64,000 nt of DNA from Kiritimatiellia bacterium (GTDB taxonomy: Bacteria > Verrucomicrobiota > Kiritimatiellia > JAAZAB01). The notes under the pieces were generated by a model. That model did no database searches, was not told the origin of the DNA, and saw only the letters and a program-made list of their open reading frames with translations. The position numbers were made by a program, and so were the translations under genes. Location: the NCBI GenBank assembly GCA_040767085.1, contig JAXGPF010000009.1:196486-260485 (forward strand), read 5' to 3'. This document shows positions 22,074 to 34,253 of this stretch, piece after piece. Every line of letters begins with the position of its first letter. The stretch's first letter is position 1.

Positions 22074-23429
22074 TCAAAGCATGTCCAAATCCAGAATCCG
22101 CGCCAGCCCGCGCAGCGCGCGCCGTTGATCGCCATAGGCCAGGATGTAATGCTGGCTCATGACCCGCTCCTGGAACGCGGACATCGGCGTCTCGAAATCG
22201 ATCCGCAGACTGGGCAATTGCGGCGCCGGCGGCTGCCAGCCGGCTTCTTCCCAGGCCGGCGGCGGCACGGCGTTGCCGCAGACGGCATGCAGGCCGTAAC
22301 GGCCGCCGGCATGCGCCAGCCGGATCAGGGTCGCCGGCCCGGTCTTGATTCTGGACACATTCAACAAGCCTTCGCCGAAGCCGCCGAAGGCCGTCGGCGT
22401 CACGCGCACCGGCCCATCCACCACCTGGGGCGGCACGTAATCCGGCACCCCCATCAACACGCCATTATCGAAGAAATCGTAAAACTCCAGGTAGGCGCAG
22501 GCCTGGCCGGTCAAGTCCCGCGCCAGCAACTGCGTCACGGCGCCCAGGGTGTCGTTCTCGGGAATGGTGCAGATATCCGGGTTGGCGTCATGCAGCAGGG
22601 TCAGGGCGCCGGCGGGCGCGAATTGAAAAAACTTCTTCACGCCGTCCACATCCTTGAACGACAGCGCCTGGTAGCCGCGTTCGCGGATTTTGCGCTGCAG
22701 CGCCCAGCACAAGCGGATGGTGTTTTCCAGGGTGGCGGGTTGGGCCGGCCGGGTGAATTCCCACGCCTGCAGCCGCGCGCGCAGCGCGGCCAGGTCTTCC
22801 GCGCCGCAGGACTCCATGGCGCGCGCTATTTCCAGCATCTCGAAGAACTCCACTTCCACGCCCAGCCGGCCGCGCAACGAAACCCCGTCGAACATCGTGC
22901 CGTAGAGGTTCATGTCGCGGTAGCCCATCTGGCCGATGCGCGCGCCGCGCAGCATGGCTGCCGCCCGGGCCGCCCGGGCAAAATCAAGGATGGCGGGCAG
23001 CGGCGCCGGCCCGCCAGGCGCCTGGGTAACGTATTCGAATTTAAACCCCATTTCCGACAGGGGATGGCGTAAAGCCGTGGTCCCGGCCTGGGGCGCCGTG
23101 GTAATCAAACGCCCGCCTTCCTGCCAGCCGGCCAATCCCCAGAGCACCAGCGGGCGATGGCGGAAGCGATCAATCACATCCAGCACGGCGTGGGATGGAA
23201 TCCAGCCGGCAATGCAAACCAGCAGCACATCGAAATCGTGCCGGCTCAATTCCGCCCCCGCGCGCTGCGCCTCGCAGCCCCCGGGATCGTCGCTGACGGG
23301 CGCGGTTTCAAACACTTCAAATTCCGACGCCGGCAACTGGGCGCGCGCTTCCCGGCACAGCCGCTCGATCAATTCGCGCGGGGTGTTGATTTCACCGAAC
23401 CCAACAAAACCTGCCTTGATTTTTCGCAT
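22074..23429 (-). CDS. L-fucose/L-arabinose isomerase-family protein
   Basis: Start MRKIKAGFVG; ARIGQMG, PENDTLGAVT, SQHYILAYGD resemble FucI-like proteins; adjacent to an FGGY kinase. Confidence 0.7.
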   Translation of the reverse strand: MRKIKAGFVGFGEINTPRELIERLCREARAQLPASEFEVFETAPVSDDPGGCEAQRAGAELSRHDFDVLLVCIAGWIPSHAVLDVIDRFRHRPLVLWGLAGWQEGGRLITTAPQAGTTALRHPLSEMGFKFEYVTQAPGGPAPLPAILDFARAARAAAMLRGARIGQMGYRDMNLYGTMFDGVSLRGRLGVEVEFFEMLEIARAMESCGAEDLAALRARLQAWEFTRPAQPATLENTIRLCWALQRKIRERGYQALSFKDVDGVKKFFQFAPAGALTLLHDANPDICTIPENDTLGAVTQLLARDLTGQACAYLEFYDFFDNGVLMGVPDYVPPQVVDGPVRVTPTAFGGFGEGLLNVSRIKTGPATLIRLAHAGGRYGLHAVCGNAVPPPAWEEAGWQPPAPQLPSLRIDFETPMSAFQERVMSQHYILAYGDQRRALRGLARILDLDML

Positions 23430-23434
23430 GATTA

Positions 23435-24946
23435 TTAACTCCCTGTTGGTGGCGCGCCTTCGCACTCCTGCAAGGCCCGGCGCTCCAAGTCGCAATATCG
23501 CCGGTACACCGGCTCGTACAAATCGGCCGCGGCGGGATCGTGGCGCACAACCCGGCCGGCCCGGATCATGGCGGCGCAGGCCGCCGCATGGTCCGCGTGC
23601 ATTCCGACCGCGACGGCCGCCAGCAACGCCAGCCCCAGGCTGGTGGCTTCGGAACATTCCATGGCCACCAGGTCGCGCCGGCACACGTCCGCCTTGATCT
23701 GGAGCCAGGTCCCGCTGCGCGCCGCGCCGCCCAGCGACCGCAGTTCCGCGCCCGGCACCCCCATCTCCGCCAGCATCTCCAGGTTGCCGCGCACCATGAA
23801 CGCCACCGCCTCCATCAGGGCGCGCACGATGTGCGCGCGGGTGTGCGCAAGGGTCAGGCCATGCAGGGACGCGCGCGCCCGCGGCGATACGCGCGGACAC
23901 CCGGCGCCGCTGAAATGCGGCAGCAGGATCAATCCGCCGGCGCCGGGCGCAATGTCCGCCGCCGGCCGGCAAAGGGCTTCATAATCGGCGCCGCCGCCGA
24001 ACTCATCCCGGAACCAGCGCAACGCCATGCCGGCGGTTGGCGCCCAGGGCAGCAGCATGTAGCGGCCCGGCACGCCATGCAGATACAGGCCGACACGCCG
24101 GCGCGAATCCAGCACCGGATGCAGCGTAGTCGCAGCCAGCGCCAGGGCCGCGCCGGTATTTTCCGTGATGACTCCCGGCGCGATGCTGCCGGCGCCGATG
24201 GCGCCGCAAACCTGGTCAATCGGACCCGGCACGACCGGAATGCCGGCCGGCAACCCGGCCGCCCGGGCGGCTTCCGCATGCACGCGGCCGGCCGCCGCGG
24301 CGGGGCCGGTCAGTTCCGGCAACTGCTCCGGGCGCAGTCCCAGGTATTCCAGCATGGCCGGCCACCAGCCGCCGGTATTCAAATCGAAATAAAGCGTGGA
24401 TGGATTCAAGCCCCGGTCGGATGCCAGGCGGCCGGTCAACCGGTAAACCAGGTAATCGCCCACCAGCAGGTACCTGGCGGCGCGCGCATAAATTTCCGGC
24501 TCGTGCCGGCGCAGCCACATCACGCGCGTCGCCGGCCAGGCGGGAATCATTTCCTGCTGGCCGGTCACCCGGTACACTTCCGCCGGATCGAACGCCTCCG
24601 CCAGTTCCGCCGCTTCCGCCGCCGAGCGCGTGTCGAGCCAGACGATCGCTGGCCGCAATGGCCGCCCCTGCCCATCCAACACGATCAGGGTTTCGCCCTG
24701 GCTGGTGACGCCCACGGCCCGGATTTCCACCCGCCCGCCGCCGCAGGCGGCCAGCGCGGAACGGATGCCCTGGCAGGCGGCTTGCCAGTAAACTTCGGGG
24801 TCCAACTCCATCCAGTCGGCGCGCGGCTTGTCCGGCTGATATTCACAGGAGCCCGTGGCGCATAGCCGGCCCTGCCCGTCAAAGAGCGCGGCCTTAATGG
24901 ACGTCGTCCCCACGTCCAGGGTCAAAATGTGCGCCGTGTGTTCCAT
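23435..24946 (-). CDS. FGGY-family carbohydrate kinase (xylulokinase-like)
   Basis: LDVGTTSIKA, AIVWLDTR, LPHFSG, LGGAARS...QIKADV. Confidence 0.9.
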   Translation of the reverse strand: MEHTAHILTLDVGTTSIKAALFDGQGRLCATGSCEYQPDKPRADWMELDPEVYWQAACQGIRSALAACGGGRVEIRAVGVTSQGETLIVLDGQGRPLRPAIVWLDTRSAAEAAELAEAFDPAEVYRVTGQQEMIPAWPATRVMWLRRHEPEIYARAARYLLVGDYLVYRLTGRLASDRGLNPSTLYFDLNTGGWWPAMLEYLGLRPEQLPELTGPAAAAGRVHAEAARAAGLPAGIPVVPGPIDQVCGAIGAGSIAPGVITENTGAALALAATTLHPVLDSRRRVGLYLHGVPGRYMLLPWAPTAGMALRWFRDEFGGGADYEALCRPAADIAPGAGGLILLPHFSGAGCPRVSPRARASLHGLTLAHTRAHIVRALMEAVAFMVRGNLEMLAEMGVPGAELRSLGGAARSGTWLQIKADVCRRDLVAMECSEATSLGLALLAAVAVGMHADHAAACAAMIRAGRVVRHDPAAADLYEPVYRRYCDLERRALQECEGAPPTGS

Positions 24947-24955
24947 GCCTGCTGA

Positions 24956-26458
24956 TTAAAACAATTGTTTTATCGCCGCCAGGATTTCCTCGACCAGCAT
25001 GTCGCCGCCCGCCGGACCGACCTGGCCGTTGATTACCAGCGCGCCGTAGCCGCCATGCGCGACCGCTTGCGGCGTCGGCAGGTAGCCGCCCTGGCCGCCG
25101 GCCAGTTGCACCAGCATCGTGCGGCGCGCGGGGCTGCGAGCCTTGATCCGCTGGCTGTATTCCAGAAACAATTCAAACGGGTTGGAAGCCAGGGCGGTTT
25201 CGCCCAGGCGCAGGCAATGCAACTCGCAGTCATAAACGGGCTGTGTTTCCTGCGTTTCCAAGCGCTTCAATACGGCTTGATTGTCATGCCAACGGACAAA
25301 ATCCTCGTTTTTATTGTCATACGGACCATGTCCGCCGGCCTGCTCCCGGGCCAGGGTCCGCGCGGTAAAAGCGGCATACGCCTGCCGCAGGTCGCCGGCC
25401 AGGTCGGGATGCTCCGCCTGCAGCCGCTGGATGTTGGCCCGGGCTTGCTCGACTTCCGCTTCCGACACCCGGCGCACCGGCAAGGCCAGGGCTTTTACCG
25501 TATGCCGGAAAACCGGATGCCAGTCAATCGGCGGCGCTCCCGGCGCATCGCCCGCCGCGGCGGTAGCCGCCGGCATGACTTCCAGCACGGTGCGCGCCAG
25601 CCGCCGGGCCAGGATCAACATGCCGGCTTCATCCCAGAAATGCGCCGGACCAACCCGGTAATTGCGCGTCAGATCGCGCGGCGACAGATCGCCCGCCGGC
25701 GCGACCTGGTACATTACCGGCACATCCCGGCCCCAGGCCTCCCGCAGCAACCGGCGGAGTTCGCCGGCCAGATCCGCGGAAACGACCCGGCAAGCTTCCA
25801 TGACCTGCGCCGGGCAGGCGGCATTCACCACCGCGCCCGTTAATTGGCGGCGCTCGTTCCACGTGAAAATCAACTCCACGCCCCCATCTTCGCCGCCTTC
25901 CATCCCGACAAAGTCGGAGCGGTCAACCGCGCCGTACATTTCCGATGAGCCATCGGCATAAACCGGCCGGCGGCAATGCCCGAGCACGGCCCACGCGAGG
26001 GCGAAGCTGACGCCGCCCCGGGCGCGCCCCTGCCAGGCGGCGGCGGCGGCTTCCGCCAGGCGCTCCACCAGCAGGCGGCGGTAGGATTCGACCGTCATGG
26101 CCCGCGCATCCGGATTCCACCACCGGCGGAAAGCTTTGGGCGAAGGCGCCGTATGCGTATGAATGGCGCTGAGCAACAGGCGCGCGGGATCGAAATCCGG
26201 CAACAGCCCGCGCAAACGCGCCCGGACATCGTTCTGCAGGTCGCTCGAGACCCCGACCAGGTCCACCCCCACCAGGATCGCCTGCTCCGCGCCGGCCGCA
26301 CCCTTCGCCTCAATGGCCCAGGCCACCGCGGACAGCGGATCGCGCATCCGGTCCGCCAGCCTTTGATAATATTGCCCGGATAATTCCACCGGCAAGTCCG
26401 GTGTAATCTCCCGCACCGCCCAACCCGTCAAAAAATCACGCGTATTTTCTTTTGCCAT
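24956..26458 (-). CDS. Neutral/alkaline ceramidase-like hydrolase family protein
   Basis: REITP, DPL, SAIHTHTAP, PFELF, GYLPT..A...GGY motifs. Confidence 0.65.
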   Translation of the reverse strand: MAKENTRDFLTGWAVREITPDLPVELSGQYYQRLADRMRDPLSAVAWAIEAKGAAGAEQAILVGVDLVGVSSDLQNDVRARLRGLLPDFDPARLLLSAIHTHTAPSPKAFRRWWNPDARAMTVESYRRLLVERLAEAAAAAWQGRARGGVSFALAWAVLGHCRRPVYADGSSEMYGAVDRSDFVGMEGGEDGGVELIFTWNERRQLTGAVVNAACPAQVMEACRVVSADLAGELRRLLREAWGRDVPVMYQVAPAGDLSPRDLTRNYRVGPAHFWDEAGMLILARRLARTVLEVMPAATAAAGDAPGAPPIDWHPVFRHTVKALALPVRRVSEAEVEQARANIQRLQAEHPDLAGDLRQAYAAFTARTLAREQAGGHGPYDNKNEDFVRWHDNQAVLKRLETQETQPVYDCELHCLRLGETALASNPFELFLEYSQRIKARSPARRTMLVQLAGGQGGYLPTPQAVAHGGYGALVINGQVGPAGGDMLVEEILAAIKQLF

Positions 26459-26635
26459 GATGTCTCCTGTAGCAACAGCGCCGATGTAAAAAACGGCACC
26501 GTGGAATGTTATATTCAAACCCTGCGATAAAGCAAGCCGCAAAACCCGCTAAATTTTGCATTCCACTGGAAATCGCCTTGCTATTTGTCAGCCCGCATGA
26601 TAAATAGCGAAGCTGTTTTTTCGGGGCGCCTATCC

Positions 26636-27789
26636 ATGCATAACCTATACCATTGGCAGAACCAAAGACAGCGGGCGGCATTCCTCGCCTTGCAGGACGG
26701 ATCGCTTTTCCGGGGGTACAGCGTCGGCGCGCCGGCGGACGTGCTGGGCGAAGTGGTCTTCAATACCGGGATGACCGGCTACCAGGAAATTCTCTCCGAC
26801 CCGTCATATGCCGGCCAGCTGGTGACCCTGACTTACCCGGAAATCGGCAATTACGGCCTGGCGGCGGACGACATGGAGTCGGCCCGCATGCGCGCCAACG
26901 GATTGATTTTGCACGAACTGAACGAGCCCAGCAACTGGCGCGCCGCGGATACCCTGGCCGGCGCCCTGCGCGCTGGCGGCATCCCGGCGCTGGCCGGCGT
27001 GGACACGCGCGCGCTGGCATCCCATTTACGCCGCCAGGGCACGCAGCGCGGATTCCTGTCCGTCACCGGCGCAGTCTCCGAAGCTGAAGCCGTGCACAAG
27101 GCGCAAGCCTGGGAAGGATTGGACGGCCAGGATTACGCGGCGCGGGTTACCTGCGCGGCGCCGTATACCTGGGATGCCGACGGCGCACAGAGTTCCGGCT
27201 GGGGCTGGCAGGAACCGTTGCCGCCAGCGGATTTGAAAATCGCGGCTTACGATTTCGGCATCAAATGGAACATCCTGCGCTGCCTGAGGCGCGCCGGCAT
27301 GGCGGTCACCGTGCTGCCGGCGCGGACCTCCGCCGACGCGGTGCTGGCGCTGAAGCCCGATGGCGTCCTGTTTTCCAACGGGCCGGCCGACCCGGCGGCC
27401 GTGACGTACGCCATTGAAGCGGCGCGCGCCCTGCTGGGCAAGACCCCGCTGATGGGCATTTGCCTGGGCCACCAACTGCTGGGGTTGGCGGCGGGCGGCG
27501 CCACCCGCCGGTTGAAATTCGGCCATCACGGCTGCAACCATCCGGTCAAGAACCTGGCCACCGGCGCGGTGGAAATCACTTCCCAAAATCATAACTTTAC
27601 CCTCGATCCCGATACACTGCGCGACGGCCCGCTGGAGATCACCCACATCAATCTCAACGACGGCACCGTCGAGGGCATCCGCCATAAAACCGCGCCGATG
27701 TTCGCGGTGCAATACCATCCCGAGTCGGCCCCCGGCCCCCACGACCCCTGTTATTTGTTTCAGCATTTCCGGGAGATGATCGCGCATTC

Positions 27790-27793
<4 letters not shown>
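26636..27793 (+). CDS. carA: Carbamoyl-phosphate synthase small subunit
   Basis: [33 protein letters not shown]. Confidence 0.97.
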
Positions 27794-29334
<1,541 letters not shown>

Positions 29335-29351
29335 ATACCGCGAGCGATGCC

Positions 29352-30653
29352 ATGCCAAAAAACGTGATCGTTGCCCAGTCGGGCGGACCGTCGCCGGTTA
29401 TCAACAATTCCCTGCGCGGGGTGCTGGACGCCTGCCGCGATATGCCTTCCGCGTTCGGCCGCGTTTATGGCGCCTGGCACGGCATCGAAGGCGTGCTCCA
29501 GGAAGAATTGCTGGATTTGTCCGCCCAGGACCCGCGGGAAATCGCGCTGCTCGCCACGACGCCCGCCGCCGGCGCCGTCGGCACCTGCCGCTACAAGTTG
29601 AAAGACCGCCAGCAGTCGGATTTTCAGCGGGTGGTGGAAGTTTTCAAGGCGCATGACATCGGTTTTGTCTTTTATATCGGCGGCAATGACTCCATGGACA
29701 CCGCCCACAAAATCAGCCGGGTGGCCCATGAACAGGGCCTCGAATTGATTGCCACCGGCATCCCCAAGACGATTGACAACGATGTCGGCGACCAGGAGTT
29801 CAAGTTGATTGACCATACGCCCGGCTACGGCTCGGCGGCGCGCTACTGGGCGTGCAGCATCCAGAATGCCAACGAGGAAAATGCCGGGTCCTGCACCTCC
29901 AGCCCGGTGCTGGTGCTGCAAATCATGGGCCGCAAAATCGGGTTCCTGCCGGCCGCCGCCCGCCTGGCCGACCCGGAACGCGCCCTGCCCCTGCAAATTT
30001 ACCTGCCGGAAGCCGGCTGGACCCTGCCGGAACTTGCGGAAAACGTCAACGCCGAATTAAAACGCCGGGGCCGCTGCATCGTCGCCGTCAGCGAAGGATT
30101 TGACGCCGGCGATATCGGCCCGGTGCATGACGATTTCGGCCACGTGGAATACGGCGCCAGCCGGTCCAATGTCCAGCAGGCCGTGGTGAATTACCTGAAT
30201 TCCCGCAAACTCGCGGCGCGCGGGCTGGTGTTCGGCCAGATCGCCGGCACCGACCAGCGCACCACCAGCCTGCACGCCTCGGTCGTGGATATCGAGGAGG
30301 CCTACCAGGTCGGACAGCATGCCGCCGTCATCGCCGCGCGCCAGGGCAATGGGTGGATGGCCACCATCCTGCGGCAACCCGGACCGGCCTACGCCGTGCG
30401 CTACGACAAGGCGCCGCTGGAATTGGCGGCCAACAGCGAGCGCCGCCTGCCGGCCGCCTGGATTGCGCCCAACCGTCTGGACGTAACCGATGAGTTTGTG
30501 CAATACGCCCGGCCGCTGATCGGCGACACCTGGAACGCGGTCCCGCTGGAAAACGGATTGCAACGGTTCGCGCGGCTGCGGCCGATTTTCGCCGGAAAAA
30601 AATGCCCCCCCTACCTGCCGGAAGCCTGGCAGACGCGGGCCGCGCCGGCCTGA
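29352..30653 (+). CDS. Phosphofructokinase family protein, probably PPi-dependent
   Basis: AQSGGP, GGNDS, PKTIDND, MGR. Confidence 0.88.
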   Translation: MPKNVIVAQSGGPSPVINNSLRGVLDACRDMPSAFGRVYGAWHGIEGVLQEELLDLSAQDPREIALLATTPAAGAVGTCRYKLKDRQQSDFQRVVEVFKAHDIGFVFYIGGNDSMDTAHKISRVAHEQGLELIATGIPKTIDNDVGDQEFKLIDHTPGYGSAARYWACSIQNANEENAGSCTSSPVLVLQIMGRKIGFLPAAARLADPERALPLQIYLPEAGWTLPELAENVNAELKRRGRCIVAVSEGFDAGDIGPVHDDFGHVEYGASRSNVQQAVVNYLNSRKLAARGLVFGQIAGTDQRTTSLHASVVDIEEAYQVGQHAAVIAARQGNGWMATILRQPGPAYAVRYDKAPLELAANSERRLPAAWIAPNRLDVTDEFVQYARPLIGDTWNAVPLENGLQRFARLRPIFAGKKCPPYLPEAWQTRAAPA

Positions 30654-30685
30654 CCGGCGCGGCCCGTGCAACAGCGAGCGGCACC

Positions 30686-31846
30686 ATGCGCAACGAAAAC
30701 TGGATTGCGAACGAGTTGGAGCAATTGCGGCAGGCGGGTCTGGAGCGCCAATTGCGCGAAATTCCCCTGCCCGGCGCGCGGCCCGGCGAAAGCGCGCCGC
30801 TGCTGAATTTCGCCAGCAACGATTACCTCGGACTCTGCCGGGCGCCCGAACTGGTGGCCGCGGCGCAGGATGCCGCCGCGCGCTGGGGCGCCGGCGCCGC
30901 GGCTTCCCGGCTGGTGACCGGCACCCTGCCGGTCCATACCCTGCTGGAAAACCGGCTGGCGGTTTTAAAAGGCTACCCGGCCGCCCTGCTTTTCGGCAGC
31001 GGTTACATGGCCAACCTGGGCATTATCGCCGCCATTGCCGGCCGGCGCGATTGGGTGGTGGCGGATAAACTGGCGCATGCCAGCATCCTGGATGCCGCCA
31101 TGCTCAGCCGCGCCGAACTGCGCCGGTTCCGCCATAACGATCCGGGGCACCTGGCAGCCATCCTCCGGGAACGTCCGGCCGGGACGCGCTGCCTGGTGGT
31201 GACGGAATCGGTTTTCAGCATGGAAGGCGATTGCGCGCCGCTGGCGGAAATTGCCGCCGCCTGCGCCGGGCATGACGCTTTGCTGATGGTGGATGAAGCG
31301 CATGCGACCGGCGTTTTCGGGCCCGGCGGCGCCGGCCTGGCCGCCGCATTGGATCTGAATGGCGCCATCAATATTTCCATGGGCACTTTGAGCAAGGCGC
31401 TGGGATCTTACGGCGGTTTTTGCGCTTGCTCGGCCGGCCTGCGCGACCTGCTGGTCAACCGCGCGCGCGCGCTGATTTTCAGCACCGCGCCGCCCCCGCC
31501 GGCGGCGGGTGCGGCCCTGGCGGCCCTGGACTTTCTGTCCGCGCACCCCAACGCCGGGCAGGAACTGCTCGCGCGCGCCGCAACCTTCCGCGCCCGGCTG
31601 CAAGCCGCCGGCTTCGATACCGGCGCCTCCAACAGCCAGATTGTTCCGGTGCTGCTGGGCGATAATCAGCGCGCGCTGGATACCGCCGCCGCCCTGCGCC
31701 GCCGCGGCATCCTGGCGCCGGCTATCCGCCCGCCGACGGTTCCCGCCGGCTCCGCGCGCATCCGTTTCAGCGTCACCCTCGCGCACACGCCCGCCGACCT
31801 GGAACGGGCCGCCGCCGCACTGGCGGAGAGTGTGCCGCCGGCTTGA
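30686..31846 (+). CDS. bioF: 8-amino-7-oxononanoate synthase
   Basis: NFASNDYLGL, SGYMAN, HASILD, DEAHATG, TLSKALG, IRPPTVP. Confidence 0.9.
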   Translation: MRNENWIANELEQLRQAGLERQLREIPLPGARPGESAPLLNFASNDYLGLCRAPELVAAAQDAAARWGAGAAASRLVTGTLPVHTLLENRLAVLKGYPAALLFGSGYMANLGIIAAIAGRRDWVVADKLAHASILDAAMLSRAELRRFRHNDPGHLAAILRERPAGTRCLVVTESVFSMEGDCAPLAEIAAACAGHDALLMVDEAHATGVFGPGGAGLAAALDLNGAINISMGTLSKALGSYGGFCACSAGLRDLLVNRARALIFSTAPPPPAAGAALAALDFLSAHPNAGQELLARAATFRARLQAAGFDTGASNSQIVPVLLGDNQRALDTAAALRRRGILAPAIRPPTVPAGSARIRFSVTLAHTPADLERAAAALAESVPPA

Positions 31847-32270
31847 CCGATTCCCAGGCGGCCACCCCGCCGGGCACGGACCGGAATAACGGGTGGGGGC
31901 GCGGCTGCGCGATCATCCTCCAGCGGGCCAGCCACCGCGGATCGCGCGCGCGTAGTTTCCGGACCAGGTGCTCCCATTCATACGCCAACTGGCCCCGGCT
32001 GACCGTCAATTTTCCGGTCCGGCAGCCCGGGCCGATCTTCCGGGCATCGAACTGATAACCGCGGCGCGCCGCTTCCGCCTGGACCGCCCGCAGGTAATCG
32101 GCGATGTATTGGCGCGGCGCATCCGTTTCCTGGAAACGCCGCAATTGCGGATGGCGCGTATAGCCGCGGGTGCGCCCGGCCAGCACCGCCTGCGCCAGCA
32201 GCCCTTCCCGCCACACCGCCGTCAATCCCTTCTGATCGAGATACCGCGGATGCAGGGACCAGAGACGCAT
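31773..32270 (-). CDS. Pyrimidine-dimer DNA glycosylase/endonuclease V family protein
   Basis: MRLWSLHPRYLD..GL.AVWREGLLAQ.VL.G...GY..HPQL family signature. Confidence 0.82.
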   Translation of the reverse strand: MRLWSLHPRYLDQKGLTAVWREGLLAQAVLAGRTRGYTRHPQLRRFQETDAPRQYIADYLRAVQAEAARRGYQFDARKIGPGCRTGKLTVSRGQLAYEWEHLVRKLRARDPRWLARWRMIAQPRPHPLFRSVPGGVAAWESVKPAAHSPPVRRRPVPGRRACARG

Positions 32271-32285
32271 AGGATTGACCTTCCA

Positions 32286-32921
32286 TCAAAACAACTTCAA
32301 TTGCGGTTCCGGCGGCGGCGCCAGCGGCGTCACCCGCAGGCCCTCCGGCGGATACGGCTGCAGCATCCGCCCGGGATCGGCCGTGCGCGGGTCGAGCCAG
32401 GCCCGCCAGGCATCCGGCGGCAGGATGGCCGGCATGCGGTCATGCAAATCCCGCACGGCGGCGTTGGCGGGCACGGTCAAGATCGTGCAACTGCGCAATG
32501 CTCCGCCCGCCCGGCCGCGCCCCGTCTCCCACAAACCGGCAAACACCATCGGCGCCTCCGGCAGGTCAATGTAATACGGCAGACGGCGGCGGCCGTCCTT
32601 CCGCCATTCGTAAAAACCATCGGCGGGAATCAGGCAGCGCCGATCCTGGAAAGCGGCGCGGAATGCCGGCTTGACCGCGGCCGTCTCCGCCCGGGCGTTG
32701 AAAAGCAGGCCGCCCGCGGCGGGCGGCCGAGCCCAGGGCGGCGTCAATCCCCAGCGCAACCACTCGCAGGTAATGCGGTTGGAAGGCGCGGTGCGGAGCA
32801 CCGCGCATACCGGCATGGATGGCGCAATATTCCGGCGCGGCTCGAACTCCGCCGGCGGGGGCGCGTCCAGCAGTTCCGCCAGGATTTTCGGGATTTTCGA
32901 ACAGGCAAATCTTCCGCACAT
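32286..32921 (-). CDS. SOS response-associated peptidase (SRAP/YedK/HMCES family)
   Basis: N-terminal MCGRF, NARAET, GFYEW, HDRMPAIL. Confidence 0.93.
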   Translation of the reverse strand: MCGRFACSKIPKILAELLDAPPPAEFEPRRNIAPSMPVCAVLRTAPSNRITCEWLRWGLTPPWARPPAAGGLLFNARAETAAVKPAFRAAFQDRRCLIPADGFYEWRKDGRRRLPYYIDLPEAPMVFAGLWETGRGRAGGALRSCTILTVPANAAVRDLHDRMPAILPPDAWRAWLDPRTADPGRMLQPYPPEGLRVTPLAPPPEPQLKLF

Positions 32922-32966
32922 GGCAGTCTCCCAACCGGGGCGCAGCCCGCCTCCGGCCGCGGCCGG

Positions 32967-34235
32967 TCACACGGCCGCGGCCCGGGGCAATTCGTTCCAC
33001 CGCGTGGTATAGCGCGGACTGCGCATCTCCGCGCGCAGGGCCCAGGTCCGCGCAATCCCCTGGGCGGCAAAGGCGACGGTATCGCGGCCCAGCGCGCGGT
33101 TCAACCCGTCCACCGCCGCCATCAGGGACCGGTCGCGCTCCGGACGCGCCGGGGCTTGAAACAAATCGCCCTGGACGGCCCGGCTGTCCTGCAACTCCAG
33201 GAGGATCACGCCCGCCTTTTTGTACAAGTAACCGGGGCGGTAGATACGCCGCAAGCCGGACAACGCCGCGCCGATGATGGCGGCGGTATAGGTGGCCGGG
33301 ACGGGAAAATCGGCCGTCCAGGCGTTGGCATACTGCGCGGCGCCGGCGTTGAAGCCGTCGGTGCGCAGATAGACATAAATGCCGCCGGCAGCGCTGCCCT
33401 GCGCGCGCAATTTTTCCCCGGCGCGCGCGGCGTAACAGGCGACGGCTTCCTCCAAGTCGGCCAGGGCCTCCACGCGGCGTCCGAACGAGCGTGAGACCGA
33501 AATGTTTTTTTTGGGCGGCGGCGCATCTTCGAGCGCGAGGCAGCTTTCGCCGCGCAATTCCCGCGCCAGCCGTTCCAGCACGATGGAAAATCCGCGGCGG
33601 AGCATGCCCGGGTCGGCATCGCGCAATTGGCCGGCGGTTCGGATGCCCAGGCGGCGCAGCCGCGCCCCCCACCCGTCCGACACGCCCCAGACCTCTTCGA
33701 CCGGCAACCCGTCCAGTTCACGGCGCTGATCGGCCGGATCAAGCAACACCCGCACGCCACCCGGCAGGCGCTTGGCGCAGCGGTTGGCCGCCTTGGCCAG
33801 GGTTTTCGTGGGGGCGATGCCGATGGAAACGGGAATGCCCGTCCACTGCCGGACCGTCTGCGCCAGCCGGCGTCCGAAATCTTCATCCGCCGCGGCGCGG
33901 ATGCCGGTGAAGTCCAGGAACGCCTCGTCAATGGAATAAACTTCCAGGCGCGGCGTCCAGCGTCCCAGGACGTCCATGACGCGCCGGCTCATATCGCCGT
34001 AAAGCGCATAGTTTGAGGAAAAAACCGCCACGCCGGCGCGCCGGCAGAGCGGACGCACCTGGAAATAATGGACGCCCATGGCGATGCCCAGCGCCTTGGC
34101 CTCGGATGAACGCGCCACCACGCAACCATCGTTGTTGGAGAGCACCACCACGGGCCGGGCGCGCAACTCCGGCCGGAACACTTTTTCGCAGGCGGCGTAA
34201 AAGCTGTTGCAATCCACCAGGCCCAAGATGCGCAT
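32967..34235 (-). CDS. umuC: Y-family DNA polymerase V catalytic subunit
   Basis: VDCNSFYAACE, LSNNDGC, YSIDEAF, C-terminal SPRYTTRWNELP. Confidence 0.93.
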   Translation of the reverse strand: MRILGLVDCNSFYAACEKVFRPELRARPVVVLSNNDGCVVARSSEAKALGIAMGVHYFQVRPLCRRAGVAVFSSNYALYGDMSRRVMDVLGRWTPRLEVYSIDEAFLDFTGIRAAADEDFGRRLAQTVRQWTGIPVSIGIAPTKTLAKAANRCAKRLPGGVRVLLDPADQRRELDGLPVEEVWGVSDGWGARLRRLGIRTAGQLRDADPGMLRRGFSIVLERLARELRGESCLALEDAPPPKKNISVSRSFGRRVEALADLEEAVACYAARAGEKLRAQGSAAGGIYVYLRTDGFNAGAAQYANAWTADFPVPATYTAAIIGAALSGLRRIYRPGYLYKKAGVILLELQDSRAVQGDLFQAPARPERDRSLMAAVDGLNRALGRDTVAFAAQGIARTWALRAEMRSPRYTTRWNELPRAAAV

Positions 34236-34253
34236 ACCGCCTCCTCCGCCATT

